64,000 bases of DNA, taken from positions 6,324,001 to 6,388,000 of the forward strand of contig CM035354.1 in the NCBI GenBank assembly GCA_020137815.1, written 5' to 3'. The position numbers were made by a program, and so were the translations under genes. Below, piece after piece: positions 49,401 through 61,200 of this stretch (the stretch's first letter is position 1; each line of letters begins with the position of its first letter). The stretch comes from Hormiphora californensis. Lineage: Eukaryota; Animalia; Ctenophora. A model generated the notes under the pieces. That model saw only the letters and a list, made by a program, of their open reading frames with translations. It had not been told where the DNA came from and did no database searches.

Positions 49401-51516
49401 GAAACTTTCCCACTTTGAATCACCTGATCTCTAAGAAACATTCCCACTTTGACTCCCTGATCTCTCAGAAACTTTCCCACTTTGACCCACCTTATCTCTA
49501 AGAAACTTTCCCACTTTGACCCACCTTATCTCTAAGAAACTTTTCCACTTTGACTCACCTGATCTCTAAGAAACTTTCCTACTTTGACTCACCTAATCTC
49601 TAAGAAACTTTCCAACTTTGACCCACCTTATCTCTAAGAAACTTTCTCACTTTGAGTCACCTGATCTCTAAGAAACTTTTCCACTTTGACTCACCTGATC
49701 TCTAAGAAACTTTCCCACTTTGAGTCACCTGATCTCTAAGAAACTTTCCCACTTTGACCCACCTTATCTCTAAGAAACTTTCCCACTTTGACTCACCTGA
49801 TCTCTAAGAAACTTTTCCACTTTGACTCACCTGATCTCTAAGAAACTTTCCCACTTTGAGTCACCTGATCTCTATGAAACATTCCCACTTTGACTCCCTG
49901 ATCTCTAAGAAACTTTCCTACTTTGACTCACCTAATCTCTAAGAAACTTTCCAACTTTGACCCACCTCATCTCTAAGAAACTTTCTCACTTTGAGTCACC
50001 TGATCTCTAAGAAACTTTTCCACTTTGACTCACCTGATCTCTAAGAAACTTTCCCACTTTGACCCACCTTATCTCTAAGAAACTTCCCCTTTTGACCCAC
50101 CTGATCTCTAAGAAACTTTCCCACTTTGAGTCAACTGATCTCTAAGAAACTTTTCCACTTTGACTCACCTGATCTCTAAGAAACATTCCCACTTTGACTC
50201 CCTGATCTCTCAGAAACTTTCCCACTTTGACCCACCTTATCTCTAAGAAACTTTCCCACTTTGACCCACCTTATCTCTAAGAAACTTTCCCACTTTGACT
50301 CACCTGATCTCTAAGAAACTTTCCTACTTTGACTCACCTAATCTCTAAGAAACTTTCCAACTTTGACCCACCTTATCTCTAAGAAACTTTCTCACTTTGC
50401 GTCACCTGATCTCTAAGAAACTTTTCCACTTTGACTCACCTGATCTCTATAAACATTCCCACTTTGACTCCCTGATCTCTCAGAAACTTTCTCACTTTGA
50501 CCCACCTTATCTCTAAGAAACTTTTCCACTTTGACTCACCTGATCTCTAAGAAATTTCCCACTTTGAGTCACCTGATCTGTAAGAAACTTTTCCACTTTG
50601 ACTCACCTGATCTCCAAGAAACTTTCCCACTTTGACTCACCTAATCTCTAAGAAACTTTCCCACTTTGACCCACCTTATCTCTAAGAAACTTTCCCACTT
50701 TGATCCACCTTATCTCTAAGAAACTTTCTCACTTTGACTCACCTGATCTCTAAGAAACTTTTCCACTATGACTCACCTGATCTCTAAGAAACTTTTCCAC
50801 TTTGACTCACCTGATCTCTAAGAAACTTTCCCACTTTGAATCACCTGATCTCTAAGAAACATTCCCACTTTGACTCCCTGATCTCTCAGAAACTTTCCCA
50901 CTTTGACCCACCTTATCTCTAAGAAACTTTCCCACTTTGACCCACCTTATCTCTAAGAAACTTTTCCACTTTGACTCACCTGATCTCTAAGAAACTTTCC
51001 TACTTTGACTCACCTAATCTCTAAGAAACTTTCCAACTTTGACCCACCTTATCTCTAAGAAACTTTCTCACTTTGAGTCACCTGATCTCTAAGAAACTTT
51101 TCCACTTTGACTCACCTGATCTCTAAGAAACTTTCCCACTTTGAGTCACCTGATCTTTAAGAAACTTTCCCACTTTGACCCACCTTATCTCTAAGAAACT
51201 TTCCCACTTTGACTCACCTGATCTCTAAGAAACTTTTCCACTTTGACTCACCTAATCTCTAAGAAACTTTCCCACTTTGAGTCACCTGATCTCTTTGAAA
51301 CATTCCCACTTTGACTCCCTGATCTCTCAGAAACTTTCTCACTTTGACTCACCTGATCTCTAAGAAACTTTTCCACTATGACTCACCTGATCTCTAAGAA
51401 ACTTTCCCACTTTGAGTCACCTGATCTCTAAGAAACTTTTCCACTTTGACTCACCTGATCTCTAAGAAACTTTCCCACTTTGACTCACCTGATCTCTAAG
51501 AAACTTTCCCACTTTG
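46430..51516. repeat. 34-bp tandem satellite, about 150 copies (CTCACCTGATCTCTAAGAAACTTTCCCACTTTGA)
   Basis: Contiguous degenerate monomers with no unique spacers; remnants at ~46347 and 51670-51770. Confidence 0.97.
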
Positions 51517-52239
51517 CAAAATAAACCCGGAAATGACCGATTTCTCCATCGCGGTACCCGCGGTAAATTTTTTTGGTGGTTGTAGAGACCCATTGGAGGG
51601 CCCCGGAAGTGGAATCGCTTTTAGATCAATTACTTCCTTTTTTAGCGATATATCAACATCATATGACTGACTTTCCCACTTTGACCTACCTTATTTCTAA
51701 GAAACTTCCCCTTTTGACCCACCTAATCTCTAGGAAACTTTCCCATTTTGACCCGCCTAATCTCTGGGAAACAATTCGACCTCCTAGCCCCATACATACA
51801 CCTATTCGACCTCCTAGCCCCAGAGTCCGAATATGTGTATGGGGCCCAGACACATATTCGACCTCCTAACCCCATACACTATTAGCACCATGACAAAGGG
51901 GTAACTTGTCTCTTCATGTTCATGTCCAGCGTGCCTTATCTTGCAATGCATAAGAATATGGTTCCTCACTGATACCCACTTCTCTTGTCTGCCTCTTTCC
52001 CTGCCTCTAATACCCTATCTCTCCCTCTCACTTCTAACTTTCCAGCAGGCAAAAGGAGTCGCGTTACAAGCATGTGACGAGCCGGTGTGCATTTTATCAG
52101 TTTTACTTGGCCGTGTGCGTTGTTCAGGTGCAGTTGTTGTGTGAAGGTAACAAGTCACCTTTAAGTCACCTAAAGACATCCCAAGACACCTTGCCCTATA
52201 ACAGACATCCCAAGAGAGAGAGAGAGAGAAGGAGAGAGA

Positions 52240-55200
52240 ATGACGTCACTCGATGATGTGGAGATGACCGTGTCAGGGAGCACCCGGTATTCCCTGAACG
52301 TCGGAAAAGAGTGAGTGTGGGTTTTAGAGTCTAAAACGGTTGATATCGTATAGTTGAAATTATATTCCTAAACGATATCAATCTCCAAAGTTCCACTTTC
52401 TGCCTGTGTTGCCCCACACCCTTTACCCAGCAACTTGCTCAACTATGAATTGAAACTCCATTCTTCTCTCACTCCAGATGTGTGATAGTGGGAGCAGTAG
52501 TGTTCAGTGTTGTCCTGAATGTGGCCTTAATTGCTACTGTTGGGGTCCTGGGACGGGACAAGGCAGCTCATCACCACGTAAGTACATTGACTTTGAGTAA
52601 CTCTATCTCGAGTATTTTATACCTGATATTTCCAATCCCATCCCTTTCTCCCTCGCCAATCCCACCCCATTCGCATATCCCAATACCATCCCCATCCCGG
52701 CCCAGAGTCCGTGTCAAAGTGCAGCGTGTATTGAAACAGCAGCAGCGGTAGCAAATAGTCTCAACACATCCCATCCTGCATGCAGGTTAGTTACCAGTGG
52801 GTTGTGGCTTGCTGCACTGTGCCTCGTAGAAGCCGCTCAAGCTGTGTCAAGCCAATGTCACGGTACTACTAACTGAACATTCATACAGATCAGGATGCAC
52901 TGTTATACCGGGAAACCAAGTTTACTGCGTGTCCTATCGCTTTCAGTGCAGTTTCAAACCATCTCGATGTCTAACTCTAAACTCCCCTTGTTGCAGTGAT
53001 TTCTACGAGTATAGTTGTGGTGACTACAAGTTACACCACGACACTGAGGAGGGAAGCTACAGTTACACAGTGTGGACTGATCTACTAGAGACATACAGCA
53101 AACGAATGAAGGTATGGATGATGATGATGTTGAGATCCATCAGCGGGATCGCCAAGGAGATCTACCCGCTGTGAATGACTTTTTGGGGTGGGATGGGGAA
53201 CTCCAAGGATATCTGTATTAGTATTGGACGATCTATGAATGACATTGACAGTCACAATTCCTTGACCCCCCCCCCCTATTCCCTCCCAGAACTCCATTGA
53301 GTCAGCGGATAAGAGCACTAAGTATGGACGAGAAGTTAACGCACTGTTTACAAGTTGCATGGATCTGGTCGCCATTAATGCTAGTGACTCACAGCCCGTT
53401 CTGGATCTGCTGAATAATGGAGATGCCCTACAGTGGCCCACCCTAGTTGTGAGTATTGGGCGAGGTTTACTAATTAGGATCACTGATTTACTAGAATGGT
53501 GCTGATCTGACTGCAAATTAAAACGGGAGAAGGGTAAAGTTAAGAGAGGAAAATGATAACCATGTTCACTGTAACTCAGGGTGGAGGATGGGACAGGAAG
53601 AACTATACCCTAGCTACCTGGCTGGCAAAACTCCACTCTCTAAATATCAACTCTCTGTTCACCCTAACCAAAGGACCCAATCCTTTGAAACCTGGTGATG
53701 TCGCTTTGAAGGTAGTATACCTCTTTATAAAACTAAGCAAAACCACTAGCTAATAGCTTTACAGCTGCTACACTGTCGTCCACTGAACAGCCGTTATGGG
53801 GAATTGTGTAGTGCTTGTACTAGAGGTCACAGTGTGGGCGGCGGTAGTGTATTTACGGTTATGGTATGTATGACCATCTTCAAAAACCCTTCAGGTGTTC
53901 CCAAGTGGTCTAAACATGTATAGATGGGACTATGTTAGTACCAGTGACTACGCCAAAAAGGTATGTTCATTGTTCATCCATTTTGTACCCCTGGATCCTG
54001 AGAGTTAAATCGAAGGAGGTCGGGTACCCCCGGTACACACTTAGGATGATGAACGTATCTTCGACAACAATATTATTTCACTCCAGAGACGAGAGCAGTA
54101 CCAGAGTAGTATGATTGACCTTGTGATGAAACTGGGGGTACCAGGATTGAACAAAAGTGATGTTACACGAGACGTCAGGGATGTCTTTGATTTTGAAGTT
54201 GAACTTGCCAAGGTTAGGAGATTCTGTTCCGATTCTATTCAATTTTCAATGTTCATTTTCAATGTTTGTGATCATGTTCTCACTTTGAGCGATTGTGTAA
54301 TTCTTGGGGTCGGACTGTGACAAGGGGTGCCCTAGTAGGAGCTCAGATTGGGGGTTCGTGGGCTGTAGATGTAGGGGGTTCTGCCGGACGAAGGGGTTGT
54401 TTTAGGGCACATGCCCGTAAAACAACAGCCTGACGAGATGAATTTGGAGTAATAGATACCAGTGCACATGCACATAGACAGTAAAACAACAAGGTTCACC
54501 ACGGTGTGAATATCAAGGTACGGAGAATAGGTTACATCACAAAAGCCATACTAGGGGCGTCCAACCCACAATTGCCTCTCCTTTACTGTATTTTCTCGTT
54601 CCTTAAATACTCCTGAGACTCATATTTACAACACCGCGTGACTGTCTAGTCTACCAAGCTTGGAACCGTGCTTCACCTGGTCCAAAGTTTTCCGACTCTG
54701 CCGTGCCGACAGCTACCACTAACTGTCAACAACCGGCAGGCTAGACTGCTCATTTATCCTATCTCGGGCCAGGCACTACCAGGCGTCTCTGCGTCTCCGA
54801 AACTCAACAGTAACGGTTTACAATGCTCAGATGAACTAATAGTAGGGATCTCTCTACTTGACAGGTGGAAAAGTTACAAGCCAAAAGAACTAAACCAGTG
54901 CGACTTCGCTACTTGGCTTCTTCACACTTGTTTCTTTCCTGAGAACACAAACTACCAGTCGCTACAATAATATTGCCCCAGAGATAGATATTAATAAGGG
55001 GACTCTTAGAAGTGTAAAGAGGGTATCTAAGGCACTTGGGTAACATGGGTACCTCACATATCCCACATTCACCCTCTCCTACAAGACTAAGATTGACCCC
55101 TTACTCCGGGTGACAAAATTAAGTAACTCCTCATTGATATATTAACTCTACTCGCAAGACTGACTCATAAATTAATTATACTCTAACTACTAACTCTACT

Positions 55201-58200
55201 CATAATAGTAATATACCGTCTTTTAGCAGTTCGGAAGTCCCCAGGACCAATACCCAAGTGATAACATGTGCATACTGACCTAAGTAAATCAAAACCACCT
55301 CAAAACACCTAAACAATTATAGAGAACTCGACTACTCACTCACTCACTCACTCACTCACTCACTCACTCACTCAGTCACTCACTCACTCACTCACTCACT
55401 CACTCACTCACTCACTCACTCACTCACTCACTCACTCACTCACTCACTCACTCACTCACTCACTCACTCACTCACTCACTCACTCACTCACTCACTCACT
55501 CACTCACTCACTCACTCACTCACTCACTCACTCACTCACTCACTCACTCACTACATGCTCAAGACCTCACGCACAAGCACACCTCTGCCAACTGGTATGA
55601 GGTGCAGGTCGGAGTTCATGACCAGCAGTTGGCTCAAGGAACCTCTCAGCTCTAACAAACAACTCAAACTCTACTAAAACTCTACTAAAACTCTACTAAG
55701 ACTCTACTCAGACTCTACTAAGACTCTACTCAGACTATACTCAGACTCTACAAAGACTCTACTCAAACTATACTCAGACTCTACTAAGACTCTACTCAAA
55801 CTATACTCAGACTCTACTTATCTAAAACTATGTAAAAGCTCAATATATAACTACTCAGTCAGTCTTGCTTCCTAAAACTCTACTACTCGTTCTCACTCTC
55901 TTTTTGCTCCGCATGATCCCGGATAGAAGAGCGTCAGTCGCATCAATTCTATTCAAAATCACACGGGCAACTCTACTGACATTCAAATCTATGACCGAAG
56001 AGCGTCCGTCGCGTCGATTCTAATCACAAACTCGAGTGTCAATATCTCTAACCAACAACAAACACGTAGTGAGACTGCCTAGATCACACCGTACTAGAAA
56101 ATCACACCAGTGCTGTTAGTTGGATTAACTCTTACTCAGCAGATACTCTTCTCTCCTAGATATTAAAATAATAACTCATATAACCTCGATGACTCAACTC
56201 GCTCAGATCTAATAACTCTAAGTTCACTCTAATCTAAGACTCTACTCACTCTTATCTAGGACTCTACTCACTCGTATCTAGGACTCTACTCACTCGTATC
56301 TAGGACTCTACTCACTCATATCTAGGACTCTACTCACTCGTATCTAGGACTCTACTCACTCATATCTAGGACTCTACTCACTCGTATCTAGGACTCTACT
56401 CACTCGTATCTAGGACTCTACTCACTCGTATCTAGGACTCTACTCACTCGTATCTAGGACTCTACTCACTCGTATCTAGGACTCTACTCACTCGTATCTA
56501 GGACTCTACTCACTCGTATCTAGGACTCTACTCACTCATATCTAGGACTCTACTCACTCGTATCTAGGACTCTACTCACTCGTATCTAGGACTCTACTCA
56601 CTCGTATCTAGGACTCTACTCACTCGTATCTAGGACTCTACTCACTCGTATCTAGGACTCTACTCACTCGTATCTAGGACTCTACTCACTCGTATCTAGG
56701 ACTCTACTCACTCATATCTAGGACTCTACTCACTCGTATCTAGGACTCTACTCACTCGTATCTAGGACTCTACTCACTCGTATCTAGGACTCTACTCACT
56801 CGTATCTAGGACTCTACTCACTCGTATCTAGGACTCTACTCACTCGTATCTAGGACTCTACTCACTCGTATCTAGGACTCTACTCACTCGTATCTAGGAC
56901 TCTACTCACTCATATCTAGGACTCTACTCACTCGTATCTAGGACTCTACTCACTCGTATCTAGGACTCTACTCACTCGTATCTAGGACTCTACTCACTCA
57001 TATCTAGGACTCTACTCACTCGTATCTAGGACTCTACTCACTCGTATCTAGGACTCTACTCACTCGTATCTAGGACTCTACTCACTCATATCTAGGACTC
57101 TACTCACTCGTATCTAGGACTCTACTCACTCATATCTAGGACTCTACTCACTCATATCTAGGACTCTACTCACTCATATCTAGGACTCTACTCACTCATA
57201 TCTATAAATCTATAACTCTGCAGTCTACTCACTCGTCTCTACTCCCTATGACCATACTCCCTATGACCCAAGATGTCATTTATCAGTTCTCCCAGTAAGC
57301 GGTTGATTAGGCCACTCTAGGATGCATGGTTTTGGTAATCAGCCTAAACCACGAATGAACATCAAAACAACAAGTATCTCTAAGGCAGGGGAATTGCTAC
57401 CAGGAGATAATATTCCCCTTTGGGTCCTCATGACGTCTCACGCCTACTCATACGACGTCTCATATGAAAAGTGCACAGCTTGTTCACAAATCACAATTCA
57501 ACGCTCTCAACAGTTTCATAATCTGACGGCTCAGTCTAACATACTCTGTATCTCTCTTAACATACTCTATCTCTCTGGACTATATCTCACTAAACTCTCT
57601 CGCTCTCTATATCTCTGTGACTCAAACTCTAAACTATACAAGGTCTCCAAGAATGACATGGAGCAGTGCCCTCGGGAACAAGCTTCCGACCGAACAATGC
57701 TAACACACGTCACCAAGCAGATCGTGTATGCCAATGCCATGCTCACTCTCTCAATTCGATCTCTTGGTCTCAATGCGGCTATATCTCAACTCTAAATCTA
57801 ACGATACTCAACTATTTACTGATGGGGATCCTAAGGAAAATAGGGCCTCACAAACACACTCTATATCAAAACTGTCGTCTATAGCGGTTCCTGTATAGAT
57901 GAAAAACAGCGGTAGAGAAAACATATCCGAGCAATAAAATGCTCAGACACACACAGAAAAGTCAGGAAAACGCTGTTCTTCATAGACCGCTTCTAAAGAG
58001 GCCAGTTCGTCATACTGTAAAGAGTGCTTAGCCGGACCCTAAAATCACAAAGCATGGGAGACGCAGAGACCACTCAACTCTCACCTACTCAACACCCAGG
58101 TGTCAGTACACCACGCCTAATTGGTAGAAGCACGGTCCGTTACAAGGTTTCATATATCCCAAAATCTTATACACCTCCCATTTTCACGTTTGCAACCCAT

Positions 58201-61200
58201 AAAGAATAATAACTGTTCAAAAGAGTCAGACAAGGCTTGACTTAGCTCGTTGATGAATCAGGTGTTATCAATCTTGAGAAGAGATTCCTTTCACAGTTTC
58301 CTCTTGGAAAACTGTTTCCCTGGGCATATGCCCACTTGGTTCATCAGGAACAGTGTTTTCCAACGGCACTTCTGGATCGCTGTAGGTGTCCGGTCCAAGT
58401 TCAAGCATTCCTCCCTAGCCATGCCCGGTTGGAATGAAGAATTGGCAAAATTCGGCATATCTTGTCTCTCCAGGCGCCCAGGTAATCTCCTAAGCAAGAC
58501 GTCATACAAAATACCCAGTCCATCAAAGCTCTAGTCTCACTTCCTAGCGTCGGGGCCTGATGTTATACCGCGTCTCTGGAAAGAGTGTCCGCTCTTTCTC
58601 TCTCCCCTTCTTGGTCAGATACATCTACACTTAGCAGGTTGAAATCACATTCTTGATCTTTCGCCTCGTCCTCCTCTTGGAATATCATCATCAGGGCCTG
58701 CTCAGTGCTCAACATCATCCTCCTCCTCATGGTCTTGCCTTAGTCGGGTTCTCAGATTCTCGGGGCTGGAAGAGGCACATCATCGGCAGTTTTGTGGAGT
58801 CCCTTCGGGGTCGCCAGTTGAGCGATTGTGTAATTCTTGGGGTCGGACTGTGACAAGGGGTGCCCTAGTAGGAGCTCAGATTGGGGGTTCGTGGGCTGTA
58901 GATGTAGGGGGTTCTGCCGGACGAAGGGGTTGTTTTAGGGCACATGCCCGTAAAACAACAGCCTGACGAGATGAATTTGGAGTAATAGATACCAGTGCAC
59001 ATGCACATAGACAGTAAAACAACAAGGTTCACCACGGTGTGAATATCAAGGTACGGAGAATAGGTTACATCACAAAAGCCATACTAGGGGCGTCCAACCC
59101 ACAATTGCCTCTCCTTTACTGTATTTTCTCGTTCCTTAAATACTCCTGAGACTCATATTTACAACACCGCGTGACTGTCTAGTCTACCAAGCTTGGAACC
59201 GTGCTTCACCTGGTCCAAAGTTTTCCGACTCTGCCGTGCCGACAGCTACCACTAACTGTCAACAACCGGCAGGCTAGACTGCTCATTTATCCTATCTCGG
59301 GCCAGGCACTACCAGGCGTCTCTGCGTCTCCGAAACTCAACAGTAACGGTTTACAATGCTCAGATGAACTAATAGTAGGGATCTCTCTACTTGACAGGTG
59401 GAAAAGTTACAAGCCAAAAGAACTAAACCAGTGCGACTTCGCTACTTGGCTTCTTCACACTTGTTTCTTTCCTGAGAACACAAACTACCAGTCGCTACAA
59501 TAATATTGCCCCAGAGATAGATATTAATAAGGGGACTCTTAGAAGTGTAAAGAGGGTATCTAAGGCACTTGGGTAACATGGGTACCTCACATATCCCACA
59601 ACTTGTTACTGTTAGACTGATAAACGTTTACTCATAATTTTAGAGAACTGACAGCTGTCTACTGAGTTTTCATTCGAACCAATTGCATGTTTCTGGTCCA
59701 TACTCGCTTTGAACAGACTAGAAGGTGTGATAAATTTCCCCTTCAGATGACACCCGACTGGAGGAATGATATTTACACAGCGAAGCAGCTCAGAGTTAGG
59801 GGGCTCTACAATGATCGGTTACCTCTCGCAGGGGTAAGAAAACAACTCAACTTCTGTCTGGCAGTTTGATTGCGCTCAGATCGGATCCGCACCGCCAGAC
59901 AACTAAACTTCGACCAGCTTTCGATTTCTGAGGATTGAACTTTAGAACTGAGGCACAAACTAAATCCCCCCTTATTTTAGTTTAACTGGGACACCTATGT
60001 AAAAGCGTTGTATCCTGCTGGCAAGTCGCCCGACCCCCTGTCTCTTGTGTTTGTGGAAGATCAGCCCTACTTCCAAAATCTATCTACACTCATTGCAGTC
60101 ACTCCACCTAGGTACAGGACACTTACAGGACATTAAACAATGTCTATCGGGCACACAATGTAAATCCATCTTTATAACTTGAGCAAGACATGCTAATTTT
60201 TAAATAACCTCACTCACTAAGTATTTTTCCCAGGACCTTGGCAAATTACATGAGTCAATCTCTTGTATACAACTTCGCTGATCACCTACCAGAACACATA
60301 TCCGGACAGATAAGCGCCCACAAAAACTACAAGTAAGAACCCCTCGGACAAAAAAAATCTCCATAATTAGCAGCCTTTTTAGATGCCCTGAGAACCACGA
60401 CATAGATGTAGGGAGGGGTACATTTTAGCGTGATAGTGAACATGTGGGTGAAAACTGAATAGGTTCACCTGAGTGGGGCACCCCGCACCATGTTCAAAAC
60501 CTAAACAAACTTCTATTCGAATCAGAAATTTAGAACAAAAATAATATCATTGGATTATGGAATATAGCTCAGAGTCCGCACAGCTTGGAAAAAAACAAAT
60601 ATTCCTGATCATACTCAAGTTGCGAGGAAATGAGTTTTAAGAGCAGGATTATTGTCACAGATTACTCCAGAGAGCCTTATTAATATTGAATCAGTCCAAA
60701 ATGTCAGACTTCGGAAGATTTGGTGAGGCCAGTGATACTGCTCCTATCAGAAAACCCCGTCTTATTGCGGATCCTCCTCCAGATCTTTATCAGCTCTCTC
60801 TGAATCTCCCTGCTGAAATATATCCTCACCAGTGGATTATATGCCGAGGTTAAAATGGCCACAGTGAAAGATCCTATCATGTTAAGAGCCGGCCACACCC
60901 CTGGAAACCTGATGTAAACTGTGACAGCTATAGTTCCAATGACAGAGCCAGCGGACATCGCCAGGACCGCATGGGTAGCACGGTCCGAGTTGTTATTGTT
61001 GTTAGAGATTGAAGACATATTGGCTGCCTCCCTTCGTAGGACAAAAACGGTGGCAACAGATGCTATGACAGCAAGGAGACCGCAACATATATTCAGATAT
61101 AGTTCGAATTTAAGGACTGCATGCCGAAACATTGACTCTCCTTGAACCTCGTTGAAGATTGTAGTTGCCCGCTGACACCAGAGATACCAGGAGCTTTGTG

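Larger units (their letters stand above)
54286..59600 (-). mobile_element. Non-autonomous LTR retroelement (LARD-like) in an M13 intron
   Basis: 782-bp TG..CA LTRs at 54286-55067 and 58819-59600, TSD ACTT, PBS TGGCGACCCCGAAGGGACT (minus strand), PPT AGGAGAGGGTGAA; no gag/pol motifs seen. Confidence 0.93.

Noticed and set aside
46430-51516. CRISPR-like array (34-bp period)
   Set aside because: Monomers are head-to-tail without unique spacers, there are no cas genes, and the context is eukaryotic.
56238-57203. CRISPR-like array or repeat-coding ORF
   Set aside because: Pure tandem 22-mer with stops as the frame cycles, located inside an LTR element.
58560-58735. Short acidic minus-strand ORF after the PBS (MRRRMMLSTEQALMMIFQEEDE...) as gag or a transposase N-terminus
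   Set aside because: Only ~55 codons with no diagnostic motif; it cannot be assigned without a profile search.
54668-59503. Identical 100-aa ORF occurring twice
   Set aside because: It lies within the two LTRs and has no recognisable domain.
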